Below, piece after piece: positions 1 through 8,941 of a DNA stretch of 64,000 bases; positions within the stretch are counted from its first letter, which is position 1, and the number at the start of each line of letters is the position of its first letter. Below the pieces are notes generated by a model, which was not told the origin of the DNA, did no database searches, and saw nothing but the letters and a program-made list of their open reading frames with translations. Position numbers and translations under genes: made by a program. The DNA is from Oscillospiraceae bacterium (lineage in GTDB: Bacteria > Bacillota > Clostridia > Oscillospirales > Ruminococcaceae), in contig JAJQHJ010000034.1 of assembly GCA_021199795.1 (NCBI GenBank), positions 27,270 to 91,269 of the forward strand, given 5' to 3'.

Positions 1-2368
1 GAACCTGCAATATTAGTCTTGCGTCGAGATTTTCAGCCTTAAGGCGGTGGTAAACTTTTACCATCGCTATTTTTATTATGTCGGCGGCTGTTCCCTGAAT
101 CGGAGCGTTCATCGCAGCGCGCTTGCCGAAAGCCTGGACGTTCTTGTTAGCGTTCTTCAACTCGGGGATATATCTACGGCGATTGAACATAGTCACCGCA
201 TACCCGTTCTCTTTAGCAAACTCCACCGTCTCATTCATGAACCGGTCGACCTCGGAGAAGTTCGCGAGATAGGATTCAATATACTTCTTAGCCTCGGCAA
301 CAGAAACCCCGATGTCCTGCGAGAGGGAATAGGCACCGATTCCGTAGATTATTCCGAAATTGACCGCCTTTGCGGCTCTTCTCATGTCGCCGTCAACCAT
401 GTCCTCCGGGATTCCGAAGACCTGTGAAGCCGTCCGGGTGTGGATGTCAACTCCCGACAGGAACGTATCAATCATGTTCTTGTCCCCACACATTGCGGCA
501 AGGACTCTTAGCTCGATCTGCGAGTAGTCGGCGTCGAGGAGGGTGTAGCCGTCGCTTGCAATAAAGAATTTCCGCATGTTCCTGCCGATTTCCTTTCGGA
601 CAGGAATGTTTTGTATATTCGGATTCGCGGAGGAAATTCGCCCCGTTCTCGTTTCAGTCTGCTTGAATTCGCTCCTGACCCTGCCGTCCGGATAGATGAC
701 CGAGAGGAGCCCGTCGACATAGGTCGACTTGAGTTTAGTAAGCGTCCGATATTCCAGAATCAGGTTTATAATCGGGTGATAGTTCCGGAGCCCCTCCAGG
801 ACATCCGCACTCGTTGAGTAGCTCTTGGATGCGGATTTCTTCTTGCCGGTGGGGAGCCCTAGCTCCTCAAACAGAACGACTCCAAGCTGTCTGGGCGAGG
901 AGATATTGAATTCGTGCCCTGAGAGCATGTAAATGGTGGATTCGAGTTCCGAAATCTGTCCTGAAAGATTCTCACCGAATTCCTTGATTCCGTTTTCGTC
1001 GACCCTGACTCCCAGAACCTCCATGGAAGCCAGAACTTCACATAAAGGCAGCTCGATATCGTAATAAAGGCTCTTCATTTCGGTCTTCTCAAGTTCCCCA
1101 AGGAGCACTTTTTCAAGCCGCTCAAGCGAGAGAATGTCGCCGAACTTCTCGTCATCACTGTATGGAACTGAATATGCCGCACAGAGATTCTGAACGCTGT
1201 AGTCGCTTGACTGCGAATTGAGAAGATACCCCGCCAGGTCGGCTGAGAAAGTGAGATTTTTTAGCTCACTCCTATGCTCAAAGCAGTATTTATAGGCAGA
1301 TTTCGCTTCAAAGGTTATCTTCTCGCCCTGAGATTCAAAGTATTTTAAGATGAGTTTTTCGTCATCGGTGACGTAAATATCGCCGCCATGCTTTATGGTC
1401 AGGCTGTTGCCTGAGAGGATGAAAGCCGACTTCTCGAAAGCTTCATTGCCTGTAAGTTCAGCTTCGGTATAGTCATCCGAAATTATTTCAGCCTCTTTAG
1501 TAACTTCAATATTCCCGAGCCCAAGCTTATCAATCATTTTGAACATTTCAAGCTGGTTGAGGAGATTTGCGGCGGCGGGGAGGTCGGTTTCTTTTCTATT
1601 ATAATCTGAAAGATTTTGTGGAACAGGAGCATCGCGGACAATTGTCGCAAGCCACTTGCTGGTTTCTGCGGACTCCTTGCCATCAGCAAGCTTGCGCTTC
1701 ACGGACGGCGTTGCTGTGATTGTGTCGATATTCTCATAAATCTCTTCTATAGACGGATACTGCGCCAGTAGAGCCATCGCCGTTTTCTCGCCGATGCCGG
1801 GAACGCCGGGGATGTTGTCCGAGCTGTCGCCCATAAGTGCTTTCAGATCTATTAAGTGTATAGGCTCAAAGCCGTAGACTTCCCTGAACTTTTCCGGAGT
1901 GTAGGGGGTGGTTTCCCTGGTTGTGACCAGCCGGACGGTCACATTCTCACCGACAAGCTGCAAGGTATCCCGGTCTCCCGAGAGAATCACGCACTCACTC
2001 GAATTGTCCGACATGAGCTTTGAGACCGAACCCAAAATATCGTCCGCCTCGAAGCCGGGAATCTCTATGATAGGCACGCCAAGGTCGGTCAAAAGCTCCT
2101 TGACTTTCGGCAGCTGCATTGCCAGCTCCTCCGGCATACCATGGCGGTTAGCCTTATAGAAAGCGCATTTCTGGTGCCGGAAAGTGGGAGCCTTGAGATC
2201 GAATGCGACCACGACAGCATCCGGCTTCACTTCATTGTATTCCCTTAAAAGCGTATTCATAAACCCGGTCACAGCGTTCGTATAGAACCCGTCCTTGGTG
2301 GTGAGCACCTTTATCCCGTAAAAAGCCCTATTGAGAATCGAGTTCCCGTCAATAGCAAGCAGTAGCAT
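1..2368 (-). CDS. polA: DNA polymerase I, first ~789 codons (C-terminus lies beyond the left window edge)
   Basis: Absent from the ORF track because no stop codon lies inside the window. My reverse-strand translation from the ATG (rc of 2366-2368) reads MLLLAIDGNSILNRAFYGIK...SDNIPGVPGIGEKTA (5'-nuclease). Near the edge it reads RRAAKAVNFGIIYG...NAPIQGTAADIIK (polymerase motifs). GGAGGG RBS is the rc of 2373-2378. Confidence 0.9.
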   Translation of the reverse strand, partial: MLLLAIDGNSILNRAFYGIKVLTTKDGFYTNAVTGFMNTLLREYNEVKPDAVVVAFDLKAPTFRHQKCAFYKANRHGMPEELAMQLPKVKELLTDLGVPIIEIPGFEADDILGSVSKLMSDNSSECVILSGDRDTLQLVGENVTVRLVTTRETTPYTPEKFREVYGFEPIHLIDLKALMGDSSDNIPGVPGIGEKTAMALLAQYPSIEEIYENIDTITATPSVKRKLADGKESAETSKWLATIVRDAPVPQNLSDYNRKETDLPAAANLLNQLEMFKMIDKLGLGNIEVTKEAEIISDDYTEAELTGNEAFEKSAFILSGNSLTIKHGGDIYVTDDEKLILKYFESQGEKITFEAKSAYKYCFEHRSELKNLTFSADLAGYLLNSQSSDYSVQNLCAAYSVPYSDDEKFGDILSLERLEKVLLGELEKTEMKSLYYDIELPLCEVLASMEVLGVRVDENGIKEFGENLSGQISELESTIYMLSGHEFNISSPRQLGVVLFEELGLPTGKKKSASKSYSTSADVLEGLRNYHPIINLILEYRTLTKLKSTYVDGLLSVIYPDGRVRSEFKQTETRTGRISSANPNIQNIPVRKEIGRNMRKFFIASDGYTLLDADYSQIELRVLAAMCGDKNMIDTFLSGVDIHTRTASQVFGIPEDMVDGDMRRAAKAVNFGIIYGIGAYSLSQDIGVSVAEAKKYIESYLANFSEVDRFMNETVEFAKENGYAVTMFNRRRYIPELKNANKNVQAFGKRAAMNAPIQGTAADIIKIAMVKVYHRLKAENLDARLILQV

Positions 2369-2497
2369 AGTTCCCTCCGAAAGAATTGTTACCTATAGTA
2401 TACCACTGAAACGGAGAAAGAGCAAGAAAAAACTCTTTTCAAACGTCGCAAAGTGTGATATACTATCTGTGTACGACTATTTGCAACATGAGGGCTT

Positions 2498-3487
2498 ATG
2501 ATGGAGACTATAAAAATCGGGAATGTGGAGATTGAGAGGAGCTGCGCACTGTCGCCGATGGCGTCGGTGGCGGACAGAGCTTACCGGACTATCTGCAAGG
2601 AGTATGGCGCATGTTTACTCACAAGTGAAATGGTTTCGGCAAAGGGGCTTTGCTACTCATCCACCAAGACCGAGGAGCTCTGCTCTATCACGGATATTGA
2701 GCGACCATATGCTATCCAGCTTTTCGGCGAGGAGCCCTACTTCATGGCGAAAGCGGTCGGCATCATAAAAAAGTACAAGCCAGACCTCATAGATATTAAC
2801 ATGGGCTGCCCGGTTCCGAAAGTTGTGAACCCGGGCGGGGGAAGTGCATTGATGAAGACTCCCGAGCTTGCTTCGGACATAGTGAAAGCCATGTGCGACG
2901 AGTCTGACTGTCCGGTGACGGTCAAAATCCGTGCCGGCTGGGACGATGAGCACATCAACGCTGTCGAGTTTGCCGTCAAGATGGAGGAAGCCGGAGCCGC
3001 GGCAATTGCTGTCCATCCGAGAACCCGGCGGCAGATGTACACCGGTTTATCAGATTGGAGCATCATAAGAGACGTCAAGCAGGCTGTCAGCGTTCCTGTA
3101 ATCGGAAACGGCGACATATGCGACTGTTTTGATGCTGAGAGGATGTATCAGGAAACCGGCTGCGACCTTGTTTCATTAGCCAGAGCCAGCAACGGCAGAC
3201 CGTGGATTTTCAAAGAGATCAGAGATTATCTTAACGACGGCACTATCTATTATGAGCCGTCAGTAGAAGAGAGAATGGCTATAATGCTCCGCCATGTCGG
3301 GCTTTTGATCCAGTTCAAAGGCGAGGACACCGGCATCAGAGAAGCCAGAAAGAACGTCGGCTGGTACTTCAAAGGGCTCCGCGGTGCCTCCACATTCAGG
3401 CAAAGAGCGGGCTCGCTCAGGTCATTTGATGAGCTAAAGATGATGGCGGATGAATTTATCACGCTGTCAAAAGAGAGTGAAGATTGA
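2498..3487 (+). CDS. dus: tRNA-dihydrouridine synthase (DusB family)
   Basis: 329 aa. Contains [23 protein letters not shown] and TVKIRAGWD, typical of the Dus TIM-barrel flavoenzyme. Confidence 0.9.
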   Translation: MMETIKIGNVEIERSCALSPMASVADRAYRTICKEYGACLLTSEMVSAKGLCYSSTKTEELCSITDIERPYAIQLFGEEPYFMAKAVGIIKKYKPDLIDINMGCPVPKVVNPGGGSALMKTPELASDIVKAMCDESDCPVTVKIRAGWDDEHINAVEFAVKMEEAGAAAIAVHPRTRRQMYTGLSDWSIIRDVKQAVSVPVIGNGDICDCFDAERMYQETGCDLVSLARASNGRPWIFKEIRDYLNDGTIYYEPSVEERMAIMLRHVGLLIQFKGEDTGIREARKNVGWYFKGLRGASTFRQRAGSLRSFDELKMMADEFITLSKESED

Positions 3488-4227
3488 TGTTTTCATATGA
3501 GAGCCTGGGAGCAGGCTATAATGTCTGTATTTCGCAAGTGCACAGATTCGGAACTGACGCTTTCCTCTTAGCCAACTTTGCCGGTGCGCGGCACAAGGAC
3601 AAAGTAGCCGATTTGTGCTCGGGTAACGGAATCATAGCACTTTTACTTTCGAGAGACTATCAGCCGGCGGGGATTTATGCTGTCGAGATACAGGAGACGG
3701 CTTACACTCAGCTTGAGAAGTCGATTGAGGCTTCTCCTGATGAGGCTAAGAAGATTATTCCTATAAGATCTGACCTGAAAGAGTGGACTGCGCCTGAGAA
3801 GTTAGATCTCATCACCTGCAATCCGCCATATAAAGCGGACGGTGCAGGAATCAGAAACGACTCCGAAGCTTCTGTAATCGCCCGGCATGAGACAGCTTGC
3901 ACCATCTACGATGTCTGCGAGTGCGCAGCACGTTCACTTAAGTATGGCGGTCGGCTTTGCATCTGCAACCGTCCTGAAAGGCTTGCGGACGTCATCGAAG
4001 CGATGAGAAAGAATAAAATAGAGCCGAAAAGGCTCAGAACCGTTCATAAAGATAAGTCGAGCGAGCCTTGGCTTATCTTAGTTGAGGGTAGACTCGGAGG
4101 GTCGCCTTTCATGAGAATCGAAAAGCCCCTGCTCATCAAGGGCGAGAACGGCGAAAGCTATTCGGAAGAAATGAAGAGAATCTATAGACTATACGAATTC
4201 GAGCGGCAGGATTTGGAGGAAAAGTAA
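3484..4227 (+). CDS. SAM-dependent N6-adenine methyltransferase, tRNA1(Val) m6A37 MTase-like (YfiC/TrmN6, B. subtilis YabB-like)
   Basis: 247 aa with a [11 protein letters not shown] loop and the NPPY catalytic motif (ITCNPPYK). Sits upstream of rsmI, as yabB-yabC do in Bacillus. Start could be TTG 3484 or ATG 3487. Confidence 0.75.
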   Translation: MMFSYESLGAGYNVCISQVHRFGTDAFLLANFAGARHKDKVADLCSGNGIIALLLSRDYQPAGIYAVEIQETAYTQLEKSIEASPDEAKKIIPIRSDLKEWTAPEKLDLITCNPPYKADGAGIRNDSEASVIARHETACTIYDVCECAARSLKYGGRLCICNRPERLADVIEAMRKNKIEPKRLRTVHKDKSSEPWLILVEGRLGGSPFMRIEKPLLIKGENGESYSEEMKRIYRLYEFERQDLEEK

Positions 4228-5069
4228 TGTCAGAGCTTTTTGTGGTGGGAACGCCAATCGGAAATTTAGGCGACATAACATACCGGGCTGTTGAAGTCCT
4301 CCGGAGCGTTGATTTCATAGCCGCTGAGGACACAAGGGTCTCGGCAAAGCTGCTAAGCTACCTCGACATAAAAAAGCCGATGGTCAGCTATCACGAGCAC
4401 AACCACAAGTACTCGGGCGAGAGCATCATCAGACGTATTCTTGATGGCGAAAGCTGCGCCGTCGTTACCGATGCCGGAATGCCCTGCATTTCCGACCCGG
4501 GAGAGGATCTGGTCAGGCTCTGCATCGAAAACAACGTCCCTGTAACTGTGGTTCCAGGACCTACTGCTCTTATCTCGGCACTGGCTGTGAGCGGGCTTGA
4601 CACGTCAAGATTTGCATTCGAGGGCTTCCCGTCGGTCGCGAAGCGTTCGAGAAACGAGCTTTTCGCGGCATGTGCTCACGAAACCAGGACTCTTATCTTC
4701 TATGAAGCTCCCCACAAGCTGGTTGAAACGCTCGGAGATCTATATAAGTTTTTCGGAGACCGCAGGATAACCCTCTGCCGTGAGCTGACAAAAATTCACG
4801 AGGAAATCATCCGGACAACCCTTTCGGAAGCCGTGAATCTCTATAACGACGATGACAGAAAGCCGAGGGGTGAATATGTACTGATAGTTGAGGGGCTAAA
4901 AGAGGTTCCCGAGACGGTCACAAAAGAGGACGCCTTGGAAAAAGTCAAGGAGCTTGTCAGAAACGGCATGAGAGGTGCAGACGCCTGCCGGGAAATCGCA
5001 AAGACCACTCCATTCTCGAAAGCCGAGCTCTACACCATGCTCTTAAACGAAAAGGGCGAGGAAAAATGA
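4227..5069 (+). CDS. rsmI: 16S rRNA (cytidine1402-2'-O)-methyltransferase
   Basis: 280 aa. N-terminus LFVVGTPIGNLGDITYRAVEVL...IAAEDTR is the RsmI tetrapyrrole-methylase-fold signature. Start overlaps the upstream stop. Confidence 0.9.
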   Translation: MSELFVVGTPIGNLGDITYRAVEVLRSVDFIAAEDTRVSAKLLSYLDIKKPMVSYHEHNHKYSGESIIRRILDGESCAVVTDAGMPCISDPGEDLVRLCIENNVPVTVVPGPTALISALAVSGLDTSRFAFEGFPSVAKRSRNELFAACAHETRTLIFYEAPHKLVETLGDLYKFFGDRRITLCRELTKIHEEIIRTTLSEAVNLYNDDDRKPRGEYVLIVEGLKEVPETVTKEDALEKVKELVRNGMRGADACREIAKTTPFSKAELYTMLLNEKGEEK

Positions 5070-5494
5070 CCGTCCGTGAAATGGTTGAGAATGATATTCC
5101 GGCTGTCGTAAAGATTGAGCAGGAGTGCTTCACAGCGGAAGCCTGGAGCGAAGAAAGTTTCCGGTACCGCCTTGGCAAGCCCGGCTTTATCTCGCTTGTG
5201 GCTGTGGATAATGGAGAAGTTGTCGGCTATATTGCCGCATCTGAAATTTTAGATGAGCAGTACCTTGACAGTCTGGCTGTCAGGGCTGATTACCGGGGAC
5301 AGGGCATCGCAACCTCACTTATGAAAGAAGCCTTTGATGAGGAAAAAACGGTTTACCTCGAGGTGAGAAAGTCGAACCTGCCGGCGATAGGTCTCTACAA
5401 AAAGCTTGGCTTCACCCAGTACGCCGAGAGGCGGGACTATTATGACAATCCAACCGAAAATGCAATATTAATGAGGAATGAGAACTTACGATGA
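5066..5494 (+). CDS. rimI: ribosomal-protein-alanine N-acetyltransferase (GNAT)
   Basis: 142 aa GNAT with an acetyl-CoA motif (RGQGIATSLM). Overlaps both neighbours by 4 nt and lies directly upstream of tsaD. Confidence 0.85.
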   Translation: MTVREMVENDIPAVVKIEQECFTAEAWSEESFRYRLGKPGFISLVAVDNGEVVGYIAASEILDEQYLDSLAVRADYRGQGIATSLMKEAFDEEKTVYLEVRKSNLPAIGLYKKLGFTQYAERRDYYDNPTENAILMRNENLR

Positions 5495-6522
5495 AGATTT
5501 TAGGAATTGAAAGCTCCTGCGACGAAACTGCCGCGGCAGTAGTTGAGGACGGCGTCAATGTTCTTTCAAACGTCGTGGCTTCGCAGATTGATGAGCACAA
5601 GCTCTATGGCGGAGTTGTCCCGGAGATAGCCTCCCGCAGACATGCTGAAAACATCTGCGGAGTTGTGAGCGAGGCTCTTGAGTCGGCAAACGTTACGATG
5701 GACGACATCGACGCAGTAGCCGTGACCTATGCTCCCGGACTTATCGGGGCACTGTTGGTCGGCGTGAGCTATGCTAAGGGACTGTCATTTGCGACAGGAA
5801 AGCCGCTTGTGCCGGTTCACCACCTGGCAGGACACATTGCCGCAAACTATATTTCCCACCCGGAGCTTGAGCCGCCGTATTTATGCCTTGTAATCAGCGG
5901 CGGGCATTCGCACATAATCGAGGTCAAGGTCCACACCGAGTTCCATGTCATCGGGCGAACCCGTGACGATGCGGCAGGGGAGTGCTTCGATAAAGTGGCG
6001 AGAACTCTCGGCTTCCCATATCCCGGAGGAAAAGAGATCGACCATGCGGCACAGCTCGGAAACAGAAATGCTTTCAAGCTCCCGCACCCGAAGCTGACAG
6101 GCTGCGAGTATGACTACTCGTTCTCGGGACTGAAAACGGCAGTAATAAACCTCTGGCATAATGCCAGTCAGCGCGGCGAAACGCTCGACGTAAACGACCT
6201 TGCGGCTTCATTCCAGAAGACCGTTTCGGACATCCTGGCGGAAAAGCTTATGCTTGCGGCTGAAAACTTAGGATATAAGAAGATAGCCGTTGCCGGAGGG
6301 GTTTCTGCGAACACAGGTGTACGGGACAAGATCGCCCGGGAATGTAAGAAGCGTGGATATGAGCTCTACATGCCGAAATTCACCTACTGCGGCGACAACG
6401 GCGCGATGATAGGCTCGCAGGGATATTATGATTTCATTGCCGGAAAAACCGCCGGGACTGACCTGAACGCATATGCAACCATGCCGATTGACTACGCACC
6501 CTCTCAGTCAGCCTGCGGCTGA
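5491..6522 (+). CDS. tsaD: tRNA N6-adenosine threonylcarbamoyltransferase
   Basis: 343 aa. MKILGIESSCDETAAAV...HHLAGH...GGVSAN is the Kae1/TsaD family signature. The last ~8 codons and the stop lie inside a repeat element (see findings). Confidence 0.95.
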   Translation: MKILGIESSCDETAAAVVEDGVNVLSNVVASQIDEHKLYGGVVPEIASRRHAENICGVVSEALESANVTMDDIDAVAVTYAPGLIGALLVGVSYAKGLSFATGKPLVPVHHLAGHIAANYISHPELEPPYLCLVISGGHSHIIEVKVHTEFHVIGRTRDDAAGECFDKVARTLGFPYPGGKEIDHAAQLGNRNAFKLPHPKLTGCEYDYSFSGLKTAVINLWHNASQRGETLDVNDLAASFQKTVSDILAEKLMLAAENLGYKKIAVAGGVSANTGVRDKIARECKKRGYELYMPKFTYCGDNGAMIGSQGYYDFIAGKTAGTDLNAYATMPIDYAPSQSACG

Positions 6523-6546
6523 CAGCTCCCCCAAAACGGGGGAGCC
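6498..6546 (+). repeat. double-hairpin post-gene element, copy A (CCCTCTCAGTCA + hairpin GTCAGCC-TGC-GGCTGAC + hairpin CTCCCCC-AAAAC-GGGGGAG)
   Basis: Shares its 5' box, a variable first hairpin and the conserved CTCCCC/GGGGAG second hairpin with the copies at 46143-46188 (+) and 46229-46281 (-). Confidence 0.6.
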
Positions 6547-6570
6547 AGGATTTTGCGGTGGAGGAACACT

Positions 6571-7461
6571 ATGAATTTTATACGCATACTTTCACTAATT
6601 CTATCTATGGCTCTGTTGCTCAGCCTCACCGCCTGCAGTGACATCACTCCGGAAGCGGTTGTGACGGAGGATGTCGTTATCGATGAGGCTCCGGTGAAGT
6701 CGGCTTACCCTGTGAGCTTCGGGACGGAGACATTTGAAGCGGCTCCAGAGACTGTTATATCTCTTTCTCCTGCTCTGACTGAAATCATGTATGAGCTGGG
6801 GCTAAGTGACAAGCTAATAGCAGTCAGCGACTATTGCAACAACTATAGTTCTCTTCCGACCGTCGGAAGCCCTGCAAACCCGGACATCGACCTGATAATT
6901 GAGCTTGCACCTGAGCTTCTCATAACCCAGTCGCCGCTTGCTTCCACAGATGAAGTGAAGCTCGACCAGGCAGGGGTCAGGGTTCTATATCTTGAACTCC
7001 CGACCGGGTTCTCTTATCTCTGTGAAGAGTATATTGAGCTTGCGATGATTTTCTATGGCTCGATAGATTCCGAGGCAGTGGCACTTGAAGCTCTCAGCGA
7101 GATTGACGACACCATGCTCCAAGCCCAGAATTCGGGAATAGATGTAAGCTTCATAATCATCTACTATTCGCTTGATGAGAGCTATGTGGCGTCATCTGGC
7201 GCGGATATAGCTTCGGACATGCTTTCCGTTTTCGGGACGAATGCACTTGAGCCTGAAGATGAAGAAAGCGAGATTATAACCGTCACCTATGATGAACTTG
7301 CGGAGCTTGATGTGGATGTAATATTCGCTGATGAATCGCTTTCAGGTGGGGATCTGGATGAGCTGGAGGCCGAAATAGTCTATCTTGACCTGAGCGAGTT
7401 TTCCAAGCCCACGGCGCAGCTTTCAAGCCTGATTTCAGACTGCATCTCAGCAATCAGCTGA
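6571..7461 (+). CDS. lipoprotein, periplasmic-binding-protein type 2 (BtuF/FecB-like ABC substrate-binding protein)
   Basis: Start moved from the track's TTG 6553 to ATG 6571, behind GGTGGAGG. Signal peptide plus lipobox LSLTAC. VISLSPALTEIMYELGLSDKLIAVSDYC resembles the BtuF-type N-lobe. No permease or ATPase gene is adjacent. Confidence 0.55.
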   Translation: MNFIRILSLILSMALLLSLTACSDITPEAVVTEDVVIDEAPVKSAYPVSFGTETFEAAPETVISLSPALTEIMYELGLSDKLIAVSDYCNNYSSLPTVGSPANPDIDLIIELAPELLITQSPLASTDEVKLDQAGVRVLYLELPTGFSYLCEEYIELAMIFYGSIDSEAVALEALSEIDDTMLQAQNSGIDVSFIIIYYSLDESYVASSGADIASDMLSVFGTNALEPEDEESEIITVTYDELAELDVDVIFADESLSGGDLDELEAEIVYLDLSEFSKPTAQLSSLISDCISAIS

Positions 7462-7518
7462 GTAGCACTCAGCTGACAGGCGCAAAAAGTGAATAAATTG
7501 TAAAGATTCCGATTTAGG

Positions 7519-7547
7519 TTGACATACGGCAAAATAAACGTTATTAT
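7519..7547 (+). promoter_or_regulatory. sigma-A-type promoter (TTGACA-17-TATTAT)
   Basis: TTGACA at 7519-7524, a 17-nt spacer, then TATTAT at 7542-7547, about 45 nt upstream of the 7592 start. Confidence 0.5.
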
Positions 7548-7591
7548 AATAGGAGCAACTTTCGCTGTTTCAAAGAAAAAGGAGATTACAA

Positions 7592-8866
7592 ATGAGTAAA
7601 AGAATTCTATGCTTGATTTTAGCTTTCTGCATGTTGATGACTGTATTTTCAGGATGCGGAAAAGCCATTGACGATGAGCCGGTAACCACTACTGCTTCAA
7701 CCGACTCTTCAGACACAACCGATGCAGATGTTACAGCTTCAACCGACAGTTCATCTGACGCGTCAGCTGTGACATCCGACTGGACTTACGACTTCGATTC
7801 GTCGTTCATCACAGAGAATGCACTTGAGTACATCTGGGAAAGAATCGACGAGGACACGAGAATCAATCTTGGCGAAATCATGAATGCCATCAGAAATGGC
7901 GAGGTTTACTGCTCACTTTCTGTCGGCTTCCCGGACGCTGAAAAGCAGGAGTTCCTGGAGTTCGTCTCCAACTGCTGCACATTCTACTGCTGGGTTGGAA
8001 CATCGTTCACCGCCGCAGTTGACCAGAACACAGGAATGGTCAAGGGCGTCACCCTTAGCTACAGAGGAATCGACTATGAGACGGATATCCAGCCGCTCAT
8101 GGATGAACTCGAATCGAGGCTTCAGGAAATAGTCGCGAGCATTCCGTCAGGTCTTTCCGAGTTTGAGACCCTCAAGTACCTCCACGACTATCTGATACTT
8201 AACTGCGACTACAGCGACACTGCCGGAACAAGCCCGTTCTCAGCCTATGGCGCACTTGTTGAGGGATACGCCACCTGCCAGGGCTATGCGGATGCTATGC
8301 ATCTTCTTCTCGACAGAGCAGGCTTTGAGACCATGTTCGTAACCGGTATCGGAAGCGATGAGAGCGTCACCCACAAGTGGAACTACGTCATGTGCGAGGA
8401 CGGTCACTGGTATATCATCGACCCGACCTGGGACGACCCGTCCGATATAACCGACCTCAACTTCGTCGGCTACTGCTACTTCTTAATCAGCGACGAGGAA
8501 ATCTTAAAGGATCACGTCGCAAAGCATGAGAGCAACTACTACGAGACCCCATATGCAGACTCTATGGACTTAAACTTCTTCAATGTTATGGGTTACTATG
8601 TCACCTCTGCCGATGAGGCTTATGAGGTTCTCATGGAGCAGGCGGAGAGCACAATAGATTCGACAAGAAGATGTTTCTATCTTAAATTTGAGAGCTCAGA
8701 AGCGATGAGGGAGATTTACGAGACCCTAAGAAGCGAATCCAAGCTGTCAACAGTTATTCAGGCTGCAAATTCAGCCGCCGGAACAACCTATCAGACCACT
8801 TCATGGTCGAGAACGTTCAACGATGAAATGGGAATCCTGACCCTTACCTTAAAAGAGTCAGAATAA
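7592..8866 (+). CDS. secreted lipoprotein with transglutaminase-like cysteine-protease core
   Basis: Lipobox FSGC. Cys-His-Asp core GYATCQGYADAMHLLL...THKWNYV...IIDPTWDD. Confidence 0.7.
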   Translation: MSKRILCLILAFCMLMTVFSGCGKAIDDEPVTTTASTDSSDTTDADVTASTDSSSDASAVTSDWTYDFDSSFITENALEYIWERIDEDTRINLGEIMNAIRNGEVYCSLSVGFPDAEKQEFLEFVSNCCTFYCWVGTSFTAAVDQNTGMVKGVTLSYRGIDYETDIQPLMDELESRLQEIVASIPSGLSEFETLKYLHDYLILNCDYSDTAGTSPFSAYGALVEGYATCQGYADAMHLLLDRAGFETMFVTGIGSDESVTHKWNYVMCEDGHWYIIDPTWDDPSDITDLNFVGYCYFLISDEEILKDHVAKHESNYYETPYADSMDLNFFNVMGYYVTSADEAYEVLMEQAESTIDSTRRCFYLKFESSEAMREIYETLRSESKLSTVIQAANSAAGTTYQTTSWSRTFNDEMGILTLTLKESE

Positions 8867-8941
8867 TAAGTAAAGATTGAGGCGGCAGGGGCTTCCCAAA
8901 CCGCCAATCCAGATAAACAAACCAATTACGGAGGAAAGAAC

